A model generated the notes under the pieces. It ran no database searches. It was not told the DNA's origin and saw nothing but the letters and a program-made list of their open reading frames with translations. Both the position numbers and the translations under genes were made by a program. A stretch of DNA of 53,366 bases, from assembly GCA_043825875.1 (NCBI GenBank), contig JBDRRF010000095.1, positions 1-53,366 of the forward strand. Direction: 5' to 3'. Source of the stretch: Pseudomonadota bacterium (GTDB lineage: Bacteria; Desulfobacterota; Desulfobacteria; Desulfobacterales; RPRI01). Shown here piece by piece: positions 18,838-28,504 of this stretch (its first letter is position 1; each line of letters starts with the position of its first letter).

Positions 18838-21133
18838 TAACCGGGTTTTTCAAATAGGCGAGTCTATGTTCAGGCCGGATGCCCTTACCAAGGTTACCGG
18901 TGCTGAGAAGTTCGCTGTGGATAACTACGGCTCTGATTTCTTGTGGGCAGGCGTAAAACGTGCCGGAATTGCCCATGCCCGGATTCAAAACATAAACATA
19001 CAGGCGGCGCTTAAAATTTCTGGTGTTAAGGCCGTTTTAACAGCTGCAGACGTGAGAGGCAGCAACCGCCAGGGAGTTATCCGAAAAGACCAGCCGGTGC
19101 TGGCCGATGACCGGGTGCGCCATTGCGGGGACCCGGTAGCGTTGGTAGTTGCGGAAAATACGGCTGCTCTTGAATCGGCTATAGAGAGCATTGTCGTTGA
19201 TTATGAGGCCCTTGATGCAGTTTTTGATCCTGAGGAGGCCTTAAAAGAAAACGCGCCGCTGATTCATCCGGAACATCCGGGCGGAAACGCTTTGTTTACA
19301 ACAAAAATTATTGTCGGGGAAGGCGAAGATGCTTTTGCCGGCTGTGATGAAACAGTTGAAGCCTGTTTCGATCTGCCCCGCCAGGCACATGTTTTTCTGG
19401 AGACGGAAAACGGATGGGCAATTGCAGGAGAAGACGGCAGTCTTGAAATGACCGTTTCTACCCAGACCCCTTTTCGGGATCGCCTTGAAGTTGCTGAAGC
19501 CCTGGGGCTGGAGATAGATAGCATTCGGATTATAGCACCATACTGCGGAGGAGCTTTCGGCGGAAAGGACGGGATCACCGTCCAGAGTTTATTGGCACTG
19601 GCTGCCCTGCAATGTCCGGGAAAACCGGTCAAGATGTGGTGGAGCCGTGAGGAAAGTTTTCTGGCAGGCGCCAAGCGTCATCCGGCTAAACTCTATTACA
19701 AACTGGGGGCTTTAAGTGACGGAACGCTGAAAGCTTTATCCGCAAGGATATATTTTGACACCGGCCCATATGATCATCTGGGCGGAGTGGTTGCCGCTCT
19801 TGGCCTTGAGCATGCCGGAGGTCCATACCGGATAGCAAATACCCATATCCAAGTGTGGGCTGTATATACGAACAATCCCGTTTCCGGGGCATTTCGGGGT
19901 TTTGGCGTGCCCCAGGTTGCTGCCGCTATGGAATCCGTGATGGATATGATGGCTTGTCGTCTGAAAATATCCCCGCTGAAATTGCGTATGCATAATGCCC
20001 TCGTACGCGGAGACCGGTGTCCCGCCGGTGCAACGCGCCAGGGATCCATCGGCCTTACACAATGTCTGAAAATGGTCCAGTCCTATCCCTTGTGGAAAGA
20101 GTGTGCCGACTGGCAGGCATCGGCAAGTCCATATCATAAAAGGGGTACTGGTATTGCATGTGTGTCACATGGTATGGGCTATGGTCCGGTTGTGCCTGAC
20201 TCTGCAACGGCCGGAATCGAGCTTACCGGTGGAGGCCGGTTTAGAATTTTTGCCGGTGTGGTGGAAATGGGCCAGGGAAATACGGCCAGCTATCTTCATA
20301 TGGCAGGAGACATTCTTTCCCAGCCTCCGGAGAACATGGAACTGGTACTTCCGGATACGTCGCGGACCTTTCCGGGCGGTTCGGCTTCGGCCAGCCGTAC
20401 TACCTATACATTCGGTAATGCACTGGTAGCCGCAGCTGAAGATATGAAAAAGCGATTGATAGCCAAAGCTTCAGATTTATTTATGATTACGGATGTATCG
20501 GAATTGGTGCTGATTCCGGGCAGCATCCGGCATTTGCCTACGGGAAGGGATTTGCCGCTGGCCCGGATGAGCCGTATGCTAAACGCTGCTGAGCGTTTTA
20601 TTACCCGGCATTTCAGGGCGCCGGTTTCAAAAGAAAGGCCCACAACTGATGCTAACTTGCAGTTGCACGGCTTTCCCCACGCAATTTTTTCCTATTCGGT
20701 GCACCTGGCCCGTGTGGATGTGGATGAACTGACCGGACGTGTTTTGGTAACCGATTATCTTACTGTAACTGACTGCGGACAGGTAATTAATCCCTGTCTC
20801 TTTGAGGGCCAGCAGGAAGGGGCAGTGGTCCAGGGTCTGGGATACGCTCTCCGGGAGGATGTTATTGCCGAAAACGGTCGCATGAAGACAACTGATCTGA
20901 CCACATATATCATCCCAACAGCGTCGGACATGCCGGAGATGGAAACCATTGCGGTTCCCGTGGCTGAGCACACAGGCCCATTCGGCCTGAAAGGAGCCGG
21001 AGAAATCGGTATCGATGCACCTGCACCTGCTGTTGCCAATGCAGTATACGATGCCTGCGGCCTGCGGCTATTTCGATTTCCTTTAACCGCTGAGCGAGTT
21101 CTTGCGGCCATATCAAAAAACGGAGAGAGATGA
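18827..21133 (+). CDS. Xanthine dehydrogenase-family molybdopterin-binding subunit
   Basis: KVTG, GGAFGGK, AFRGFGVPQ, EMGQG, GLKGAGE (catalytic Glu retained). Confidence 0.93.
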   Translation: MTDNNRVFQIGESMFRPDALTKVTGAEKFAVDNYGSDFLWAGVKRAGIAHARIQNINIQAALKISGVKAVLTAADVRGSNRQGVIRKDQPVLADDRVRHCGDPVALVVAENTAALESAIESIVVDYEALDAVFDPEEALKENAPLIHPEHPGGNALFTTKIIVGEGEDAFAGCDETVEACFDLPRQAHVFLETENGWAIAGEDGSLEMTVSTQTPFRDRLEVAEALGLEIDSIRIIAPYCGGAFGGKDGITVQSLLALAALQCPGKPVKMWWSREESFLAGAKRHPAKLYYKLGALSDGTLKALSARIYFDTGPYDHLGGVVAALGLEHAGGPYRIANTHIQVWAVYTNNPVSGAFRGFGVPQVAAAMESVMDMMACRLKISPLKLRMHNALVRGDRCPAGATRQGSIGLTQCLKMVQSYPLWKECADWQASASPYHKRGTGIACVSHGMGYGPVVPDSATAGIELTGGGRFRIFAGVVEMGQGNTASYLHMAGDILSQPPENMELVLPDTSRTFPGGSASASRTTYTFGNALVAAAEDMKKRLIAKASDLFMITDVSELVLIPGSIRHLPTGRDLPLARMSRMLNAAERFITRHFRAPVSKERPTTDANLQLHGFPHAIFSYSVHLARVDVDELTGRVLVTDYLTVTDCGQVINPCLFEGQQEGAVVQGLGYALREDVIAENGRMKTTDLTTYIIPTASDMPEMETIAVPVAEHTGPFGLKGAGEIGIDAPAPAVANAVYDACGLRLFRFPLTAERVLAAISKNGER

Positions 21134-22509
21134 AAATCGAATTCGAGTTAAACGGCAAAGCAATCTGCCTGGATGTACCCGGTGCTTTGAGAGTGGTGGA
21201 CCTTTTGCGGGAGGATATGGGCCTGACAGGAACCAAGGAAGGCTGCGGGACCGGTGAATGCGGGGCATGTACTATTCTGGTGGACGGGCGCAGTCGGTTG
21301 TCCTGTCTGATGCTTGCGGCCCAACTGGCAGGCCGCAGGGTAATCACTATAGAGGGTTTGGCACAGCAAGAACATCTGCATCCGGTTCAGGCATCCTTTG
21401 TTGAAAAAGGGGCTGTGCAATGCGGATTCTGTACGCCCGGCATGGTTCTGACAACGGTGGATCTTCTGTCGCGCCATCCCCACCCCGGGCGCAAGGAAAT
21501 TGCCCGGGCCATCAGCGGAAATCTATGCCGCTGTACCGGCTATAAAAAGATTATTGATGCAGTTGAAAGCGTTGAACAAAAACCTCTAAACAACTGGCAT
21601 ACCTCCAAAATGCCGGAAGATATTCTTTCAGATGTTTCAGTTGGTTTAAAAGGAAGAAATAAACGCCAAATATTTCTTCCGCAATCTTTAGACGAACTGT
21701 GGCAAATTTTTGCCGAATATCCGGGAGCGAAAGTTTTTGGAGGCGGAACCGATCTTTTTGTATGGATGCGAAGCCGGCGTATTGACCCGGAGACCATAAT
21801 CGGTCTTGAACGCATTGATGAGCTTTGCGGCGTTTATGAAACCGCAGACGGATTCCGCATAGGCGCAGCCACTACTCATGAGATCATGCTGGAAAACCCT
21901 GTTATCAAAAGTATGTTTCCGGTTTTGACTCAGGCATTAAAAACACTGGGTTCCCCCCATATACGTCATGTTGCAACTATTGGCGGCAATATAATGACCG
22001 CCTCTCCAGCCGGAGACACATTGCCGCCTTTGTATGTGCTGGGCGCAAAAGTTGAGTTGCTGTCGGCTCAAGGCCTGCGCTGTCTGCCTCTGGATGCCTT
22101 TATCCGGGCGCCGGGACAAACTGTTTTGGAGACTGGTGAAATTCTTTCTGCCGTGATTATCTCCAGACCCCGTGAAATCACTTTCCAGTATTTTGAAAAA
22201 GTAGGGCTCAGAGATGCTATGGCTTGTGCCGTGGCAAGCCTGGCGGCAGTGATCGGGTTTTTGGAATCCGGCAGGATCGGATCAGCTCGTTTTGCCTGGG
22301 GAAGTGTGGGTCCAACTGTTATGCGGTTGCCTGAGATAGAATCAGTTCTGGTCGGGCAACCCCTGGACAAACAGCATATGAAAGCACTGATACCTCTGGT
22401 TCGGGAACGGCTTTTCCCCATTTCCGATATAAGAGCCGGAGCCGATTACCGCAGGCTGGTTGCAGGTAACCTGCTGCTGCGTCTGCCGGAAGTAGCCGCA
22501 TCATCATAA
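21130..22509 (+). CDS. Fused 2x[2Fe-2S] and FAD-binding subunits of a xanthine dehydrogenase-family enzyme
   Basis: GTKEGCGTGECGACT, QCGFCTPG, GNLCRCTGY, then GGGTDL, IRHVATIGGNI, ASPAGD, PISDIRAGADYR. Confidence 0.93.
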   Translation: MKIEFELNGKAICLDVPGALRVVDLLREDMGLTGTKEGCGTGECGACTILVDGRSRLSCLMLAAQLAGRRVITIEGLAQQEHLHPVQASFVEKGAVQCGFCTPGMVLTTVDLLSRHPHPGRKEIARAISGNLCRCTGYKKIIDAVESVEQKPLNNWHTSKMPEDILSDVSVGLKGRNKRQIFLPQSLDELWQIFAEYPGAKVFGGGTDLFVWMRSRRIDPETIIGLERIDELCGVYETADGFRIGAATTHEIMLENPVIKSMFPVLTQALKTLGSPHIRHVATIGGNIMTASPAGDTLPPLYVLGAKVELLSAQGLRCLPLDAFIRAPGQTVLETGEILSAVIISRPREITFQYFEKVGLRDAMACAVASLAAVIGFLESGRIGSARFAWGSVGPTVMRLPEIESVLVGQPLDKQHMKALIPLVRERLFPISDIRAGADYRRLVAGNLLLRLPEVAASS

Positions 22510-22543
22510 TCTAATATTGCCGATAGTTTGCGGAGGACGGAAG

Positions 22544-23788
22544 TTGACTAAACCGAAAACTTTACCCATGACAGCAAAAAGTCCGGATAACCCGGATATA
22601 TCCATTCATGAGCTGCTTTTGTCCCGAAAATTTATTTGTCTGATGACAGCAGCCTTTTTAGCCTATGCGAACATATCCGTTTTTTTCGGTTTCGTTGATC
22701 ATCTTCACACCTTGCCCGTTGATCCAGCGGATTATGGCTTACTTATAGGTGCTTTAGCCGCCGTATCCCTGATTGTCCGTCCGTTGATCAGTCCATTTTT
22801 CCATTCCGGAAACGCCCAAAAACTTCTTTTTATCGGCACCATCCTTGCGGCCTGCTCTTTAGCCGCTTATACTGTGGCCGTCGATTATTGGAGTATGCTT
22901 CTGGTGCGTATTTTTCACGGGATTGCCTTTGCCGTTTTGGGAACGGCCCTTATGACCCTGGTTGTGGATGTTATTCCTAAGGAAAAAAGCGCACAGTTTT
23001 TCGGATATCTGGCAGTGGCCACCCTTTTGCCGAATACCCTGATCCCCCCGCTTCTTCCTTTTCTGGATACCAGCCTGGGTGGATTTAACCGGATTTTGTT
23101 GTTGTTTGCCGCTTTGACGCTTCTAATGTTTCCTCTGGTATTTGCTGTGGCGGATAAGGAACAAAAAAAATCAACAAATAAAGATTCATCCGCACTATCC
23201 GTTAAAGAAGTCATGGAAAATCTGACGAATGTCCATGTGCTTCGAATTCTGGCAGCCATGCTGCTTTTATATTGCGGGCATGCCATGGTCTTTTTTTTCC
23301 TGGACGGATATGGCAAATCTATTCAAATTGCCTATGTCGGAATATTTTTGACTTTTTCCACAGTTGGAGAAATCGGAATTCGTGTTGCCGCCGGTTCTTT
23401 TTTCGACCGGATAAATAAGGGACGTCTGGCCTCCTGGAGTCTGCTGGGATTGTGTTTGGCCTATGTCTTGCTGGCCTATGTTCCGGATAAATGGATTTTC
23501 TTTTCTCTGGGTTTGATCTTTGGGTTGGGTTGGGGTGTAGCCATGCCGGTGTTCAACGGATTGATGTTTGATGTATCCAAACCGCGGTTCAGGGCTTTTA
23601 ATATAAATCTTGGCCTGCAGATGTTTCAGGCGGGCTTTTTTTTTGGTCCATTGATAGGCGCACCCTTGCTTGCCGGTTGGGGGTACAGGGAGCTATACCT
23701 TTTTTGCGCCGGAACAAGTCTTTTGGCAGCAGTTTTGATGTTTACGAAAGGAGCTGAAAATGACAGCCGAAACGATAACAACACCTGA
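22544..23788 (+). CDS. MFS transporter
   Basis: About 12 TM segments, LLVRIFHGIAF and GSFFDRINK motifs; probable TTG start at 22544 after GGAGG (ATG 22568 is an alternative). Confidence 0.88.
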   Translation: MTKPKTLPMTAKSPDNPDISIHELLLSRKFICLMTAAFLAYANISVFFGFVDHLHTLPVDPADYGLLIGALAAVSLIVRPLISPFFHSGNAQKLLFIGTILAACSLAAYTVAVDYWSMLLVRIFHGIAFAVLGTALMTLVVDVIPKEKSAQFFGYLAVATLLPNTLIPPLLPFLDTSLGGFNRILLLFAALTLLMFPLVFAVADKEQKKSTNKDSSALSVKEVMENLTNVHVLRILAAMLLLYCGHAMVFFFLDGYGKSIQIAYVGIFLTFSTVGEIGIRVAAGSFFDRINKGRLASWSLLGLCLAYVLLAYVPDKWIFFSLGLIFGLGWGVAMPVFNGLMFDVSKPRFRAFNINLGLQMFQAGFFFGPLIGAPLLAGWGYRELYLFCAGTSLLAAVLMFTKGAENDSRNDNNT

Positions 23789-24809
23789 TATTGAACCCGG
23801 ACAGTCCTACGAAATATGCCGTTTTCAACCCGGAGATGCCGAAGGGGTTGCCAGGCTCTTTTACTCGGTTTATGGCAGCGGATATCCGGTACGAACCTAC
23901 TTGGAAGCGGAGCTTTTAATCAAGGAAAACGAGGCCCAGCGGATCATTTCGAGTGTAGCCAGAACCCGGCGGGGAGACATTGTCGGCCACACTGCATTGT
24001 TTAACAGCGCACCGCATCCGGGAACCTATGAAGTTGGAGCCGGTTTGGTTCATACGGCCTATCGTGGCGGGAAAAAAATATTTACTCAGCTTGCGATCCA
24101 TAGTCGCGATCTTGCCGCCACACTGCCGGGGGTGGATGCCGCGTTTGGTGAACCGGTCTGCAATCATCCATTCAGCCAGAAGCTGATGGAAAACTTGGGG
24201 TTTCTTCCCAGTTCATTGGAGGTGGACCTTATGCCGGCTGAAGCCTATGTGAAAGAGGCCAGCGCAAGTGGTCGGGTAGCCGCATTTCTAAATTTCAAAA
24301 CCTACCAAAAAAACCCCCATACGGTCTATTTACCCCGTATTTACGCAAAAGAGTTGCCATTTTTCTACGAAGGTTTAGACGACGAGAGGGATTTTCTTAT
24401 AGCGGAAAATGAAACATGTACCGAAAATGATACCGATCTGAAACTTCAGATATTTGACTTTGCCGGCGTGGCCCGTGTCGCAATCCATGCTGTGGGCAGG
24501 GATTTTTTGGCACGGATAGAAGCACTGGAAAAGGAATTGCAGGAAAAAAATGTACTGGTGATTCAGATCTGGCTCAATTTTGCCGACACATGTATCGGCA
24601 AGGCTGTTGAAATATTGCGGATGCGCGGCTATTTTCTTGGTGGCATACTTTTGCGCTGGTTTGATACAGACGGACTATTAATGCAAAAAATACGCAAACA
24701 TCCCGACTGGGATGGAATTTACACTCATACGGATCGATACGGACAAATTCTAAAAATGGTCCGAAGCGACTGGGAACGCTCGATTAAGGAGAAACATGAT
24801 GGATATTGA
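23760..24809 (+). CDS. GNAT-like N-acyltransferase
   Basis: RFQPGDAEGVARLFYSVYG, GDIVGHTAL, EVGAGLVHTAYRGG (motif A-like), SQKLMENLGF. Confidence 0.75.
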   Translation: MTAETITTPDIEPGQSYEICRFQPGDAEGVARLFYSVYGSGYPVRTYLEAELLIKENEAQRIISSVARTRRGDIVGHTALFNSAPHPGTYEVGAGLVHTAYRGGKKIFTQLAIHSRDLAATLPGVDAAFGEPVCNHPFSQKLMENLGFLPSSLEVDLMPAEAYVKEASASGRVAAFLNFKTYQKNPHTVYLPRIYAKELPFFYEGLDDERDFLIAENETCTENDTDLKLQIFDFAGVARVAIHAVGRDFLARIEALEKELQEKNVLVIQIWLNFADTCIGKAVEILRMRGYFLGGILLRWFDTDGLLMQKIRKHPDWDGIYTHTDRYGQILKMVRSDWERSIKEKHDGY

Positions 24810-25131
24810 CTTTCAGATGAAAGGAAACGCCCTGGTTGCATCAGTGCATGGAAGGGTGGATACGGGTAACGCTTCTGTGTTTGAGAAGAAACTTGTCGAA
24901 GAGTTGAACCAGGAAGAGAAGTGGCTGGTGTTCGATCTTTCAGGGTTGGAATACATCAGCAGCGCAGGCTTGCGTGTTTTATTGAGCACGGCTAAAATTA
25001 TGAAGTCTAAAGGGGGAGACATCCGGTTGGCTGCAACCCAGGGACCAGTTAAAAAAGTATTCCAGATATCAGGGTTTTTTTCCCTCTTCAAGCATTTTGA
25101 TACCACGGATGCAGCGCTTGAAAATCTCTAA
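24796..25131 (+). CDS. Anti-sigma factor antagonist (STAS, RsbV/SpoIIAA-like)
   Basis: GRVDTGNA, DLSGLEYISSAGLRVLL, VKKVFQISGF. Confidence 0.93.
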   Translation: MMDIDFQMKGNALVASVHGRVDTGNASVFEKKLVEELNQEEKWLVFDLSGLEYISSAGLRVLLSTAKIMKSKGGDIRLAATQGPVKKVFQISGFFSLFKHFDTTDAALENL

Positions 25132-25567
25132 GACACAAGTAGTCCCGGTTTCCGTTTCATTACCGTCCCGGATCGAGAATCTGCCGCACTTTATTACTCC
25201 GGTGCTTGCCGCAGCGCGTGCCCTTTTCATTGATGAAGACAGATGCAATGATCTGGAGCTTGCGATAGAAGAAAGCATAGTCAACATAATAAGCTATGCC
25301 TATCCGGACAAGGAAGGTATAGTGCGAATCGACTGCCGGAGAGAAGAAGATTGCCTGGTTGTTTGCATTGAAGATGAAGGGATTGAATTCGACATAACTG
25401 CAGCCGATGCCCCTGATTTGTCTTCCGACGTTTCATCGCGCAAAATAGGCGGGTTGGGAATTTATCTTGTGCGGAATCTGATGGACGATGTCCGCTACCG
25501 GCGGGAGGGCAACAGGAACCTTTTGGAACTGGTGATCTTCTTGCACCCTAAGGAGATGAAAGAATGA
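25109..25567 (+). CDS. Anti-sigma factor / Ser kinase (RsbW-like HATPase_c)
   Basis: LELAIEESIVNIISYAY (N-box), EDEGIEFD, GGLGIYLVRNLMDDVRYRREGNRNLL; exact start uncertain (25097-25118). Confidence 0.92.
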   Translation: MQRLKISKTQVVPVSVSLPSRIENLPHFITPVLAAARALFIDEDRCNDLELAIEESIVNIISYAYPDKEGIVRIDCRREEDCLVVCIEDEGIEFDITAADAPDLSSDVSSRKIGGLGIYLVRNLMDDVRYRREGNRNLLELVIFLHPKEMKE

Positions 25568-26568
25568 TCCGGACACAACGAAACGTATTCTGGCTTACAA
25601 TTACCGTTTGGATGATTCTATGCGGTTCCTTATGGGCAACAACTGAATCACCGGGTTTGAAAAAGCTGACTTTTCTTCCCCAATGGCTGCCACAGGCGCA
25701 GTTTGCCGGATATTATGTGGCTCTTAACAAGGGTTATTATCGCCGTCACGGCATTGATCTGACCATCATTCCGGGTGGTCCCGACCATTCACCTGCGGCA
25801 TACATAAGAGAAAAAAAAGCGGATATTGTAACGCTCTGGCTTTCTTCGGCCCTTCAGCTGGCTGACCAGGGTGTGGAAGTGGTCAATGTGGGACAGATTA
25901 TTCAGCGCTCGGCATTGGTGCTTGCCGCCAAAAAGAGTTCGGGTATTAAAAGCCCGGCAGATATGGACGGAAAAAAAATCGCACTTTGGCCGTCCGATTT
26001 TCAAATCCAGCCCAGGGCGTTTTTCGATAAGTTTGACCTTAAGGTGCAGGTAGTGACAACCAATAGTCCGATCAATCTCTTTCTTCGCGACGGAGTCCAG
26101 GTTTCTTCGCTTATGTGGTACAATGAGTATCATGCACTGATCAATTCAGGACTTGACCCGGATGAGATAACGCTTTTTTTCTTTGATGACGTGAATCTTA
26201 ATTTCCCGGAAGACGGTATATATCTTCGTAAGGAGACTTTAGATAATGATCCTGAAGCTGCCTGTGCCTTTGTAAACGCATCGGTAGAGGGATGGCAATA
26301 CGCCTTCGCACATCCCGAAGAGGCGATAGATATTATGATTTCGATCATGGAAGCGGCCCATATTCCGGCAAACAGGGTGCATCAGCGATGGATGCTTGAT
26401 CGGATGCGTGATTTAACGGTATCCGGGCCGAAAGGTGAGCGAATGTGGGAGCTTAAATTTGATGATTACCGGAAAGTTGGTGATATTCTGGTTTCAAACG
26501 GGCTGATTCGGGCTGTACCACCTTATGAATTATTTTTCAGAAAGTGTTTTTGCCATGATAAAGAATAG
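25564..26568 (+). CDS. NMT1/THI5-like periplasmic substrate-binding protein
   Basis: QWLPQAQFAGYYVALNKGYY, GIKSPADMDGKKI, MWYNE, FVNASVEGWQYAFAHPEEA; signal peptide. Confidence 0.9.
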   Translation: MIRTQRNVFWLTITVWMILCGSLWATTESPGLKKLTFLPQWLPQAQFAGYYVALNKGYYRRHGIDLTIIPGGPDHSPAAYIREKKADIVTLWLSSALQLADQGVEVVNVGQIIQRSALVLAAKKSSGIKSPADMDGKKIALWPSDFQIQPRAFFDKFDLKVQVVTTNSPINLFLRDGVQVSSLMWYNEYHALINSGLDPDEITLFFFDDVNLNFPEDGIYLRKETLDNDPEAACAFVNASVEGWQYAFAHPEEAIDIMISIMEAAHIPANRVHQRWMLDRMRDLTVSGPKGERMWELKFDDYRKVGDILVSNGLIRAVPPYELFFRKCFCHDKE

Positions 26569-28504
26569 AGGCATTGCCTTCAGGCTGGGGGCGCCGATCC
26601 TGGCAGGAGCCGCCCTGATATTTATGGTTGTTTTTGCCTTCGGATACTTCTTTTCAAGGGAAGCGATTCTTAGGAATGTGGAGAATAATGCGCAAAATAT
26701 TGCCAAACAGACTGCCCACCGTATCGAATCCGTGCTTGCGCCAGTGCAAAAACTGCCGGTCAATCTCACTGCGGCAATCGAAACGCTTGATCTAAGCGAA
26801 ACGGAAATGATAGATGTTCTTGGTAAAACACTAAGCAAGAACCCCGAAATCTTCGGTGCTGCAATTGCCTTTGAACCCTATGCCTTCAAATCAGACAGAC
26901 TGTATTTCTGCCCTTATCTGTTCCGCAAGGGAAAAGGACTTCAGCATACATATCTTGACGGAAAACATTATCACTATTTCTATCAGGACTGGTATCAAAT
27001 TCCAAGGGAAACCCTTCAGGAATACTGGAGCGAGCCATATTTCGACGAAGGTGGAGGCGACATTCTCATGGAAACATTTTCGTGCCCTTTTTTCAAAAAA
27101 AAGGAAGGAAAACGTCTTTTTGCCGGTGTAATCACGGCCGATATCTCTCTGGAATGGCTTAAAAAGTTTGTTTCGGAAATACGGATTCTTAAAACCGGCT
27201 ATGGATTCATCCTCTCTCGAAACGGTGCTTTTGTTGCTCATCCGGAAAAGCGCTGGGTAATGAACGAGACAATTTTCAGTATAGCCGAGGCAAGGGGTGA
27301 TGCAAAACTTCGAAATATCGGAAGGCAAATGATTGCAGGGGAATCAGGCTTTGTTTCTTTTACCGGCTATGATTTAAAAAAAGCCGGTTTTCTCTACTTT
27401 GCTCCGGTTAAATTCAGCAAATGGTCTTTGGGTATTTTTTTCCCAAAAGACGAACTGATGGCCGACCTGGACGAAATTAATAAAAAAGGAATCTATCTGG
27501 CGGTTTGCGGATTGATAGTACTGTTTCTGGTGGTTTGGCTGGTTTCAAAAACCATCACTCGACCTTTGAGAACCCTTTCCGTTGTAGCCCGTGAAATGGC
27601 TACGGGCAATCTGGAAATAGTAGTGCCGAACCAAAAAAGCGGAGGAGAGGTGGGGCTTCTGGCCGAATCTTTTAATTTCATGAAAGATTCTCTTAAAATT
27701 CACATTCAGGATTTGCTGGAAGCCACTGCTGCCAAAAAGAGTTTCGAAAGCGAGCTCAATATAGCCCGCGATATTCAGATGGGATTTCTGCCCAAAAATT
27801 TTAATCCCTTTCCGGATATTCCGGAGTTTGATCTTTACGCATTTATCAAACCGGCAAAGGAAGTGGGTGGAGATCTTTATGACTTCTACAGAATTGATGA
27901 TGAGCGCATCTGCTTTGTTTTGGGAGATGTATCCGGCAAAGGTGTTCCGGCATCCCTGTTCATGGCAGTAACCATGACCCTTATTAAAATGACTGCTGCG
28001 AAGGGACTAAGCCCGGATCGCATTTTGCAGGAAGTCAATTCCCAACTAAGCCGGGACAATGAAGCCAACATGTTCGTGACACTGTTTTGCGGTATATTAA
28101 ATATCCGTACCGGAGAGCTATGGTATGCAAACGGCGGACATAATCCGCCGGTGTTGTTGCAAAAAAACGGAGAAGCTGTTTTTCTGGAAGGAACAGACGG
28201 GGTTTTGCTTGGCGCTATGGACGGTATTGAATACGAAATGAAAAAAATCCGGTTAGATGCCGGAGAGGGCTTGTTTATCTATTCGGACGGCATCACCGAG
28301 GCTATGGATGAAAAGGAAAATCTATACTCCGAAGAGCGCCTGCTTGAACTTTTTAAGAGTATGAAACCACTGCCGTCGTCCCAGGTGGTGGATGTGGTTA
28401 TTAGCAGTGTTCTATCCTTTGCAGGCCAGGCTCCGCAAACCGACGACATTACAGTGATGATGCTGCGATTTTGGGGCAATGAAAATAAATTAATGCAAGG
28501 CTGA
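26555..28504 (+). CDS. Membrane sensor PP2C phosphatase (dCache-HAMP-SpoIIE, RsbU-like)
   Basis: Two TMs flanking QDWYQIP/WSEPYFDEGGG Cache motifs; HAMP (ITRPL...EVGLLAESFNFM); PAKEVGGDLYD, GDVSGKGVPA, YSDGITEA, DDITV; start ATG 26555. Confidence 0.95.
   Translation: MIKNRGIAFRLGAPILAGAALIFMVVFAFGYFFSREAILRNVENNAQNIAKQTAHRIESVLAPVQKLPVNLTAAIETLDLSETEMIDVLGKTLSKNPEIFGAAIAFEPYAFKSDRLYFCPYLFRKGKGLQHTYLDGKHYHYFYQDWYQIPRETLQEYWSEPYFDEGGGDILMETFSCPFFKKKEGKRLFAGVITADISLEWLKKFVSEIRILKTGYGFILSRNGAFVAHPEKRWVMNETIFSIAEARGDAKLRNIGRQMIAGESGFVSFTGYDLKKAGFLYFAPVKFSKWSLGIFFPKDELMADLDEINKKGIYLAVCGLIVLFLVVWLVSKTITRPLRTLSVVAREMATGNLEIVVPNQKSGGEVGLLAESFNFMKDSLKIHIQDLLEATAAKKSFESELNIARDIQMGFLPKNFNPFPDIPEFDLYAFIKPAKEVGGDLYDFYRIDDERICFVLGDVSGKGVPASLFMAVTMTLIKMTAAKGLSPDRILQEVNSQLSRDNEANMFVTLFCGILNIRTGELWYANGGHNPPVLLQKNGEAVFLEGTDGVLLGAMDGIEYEMKKIRLDAGEGLFIYSDGITEAMDEKENLYSEERLLELFKSMKPLPSSQVVDVVISSVLSFAGQAPQTDDITVMMLRFWGNENKLMQG

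Noticed and set aside
18827..22509. Assigning xdhA/xdhB, coxL or nicotinate dehydrogenase gene names
   Set aside because: Family is clear but substrate-specific residues cannot be judged by eye; the CoxL CSFR signature is absent
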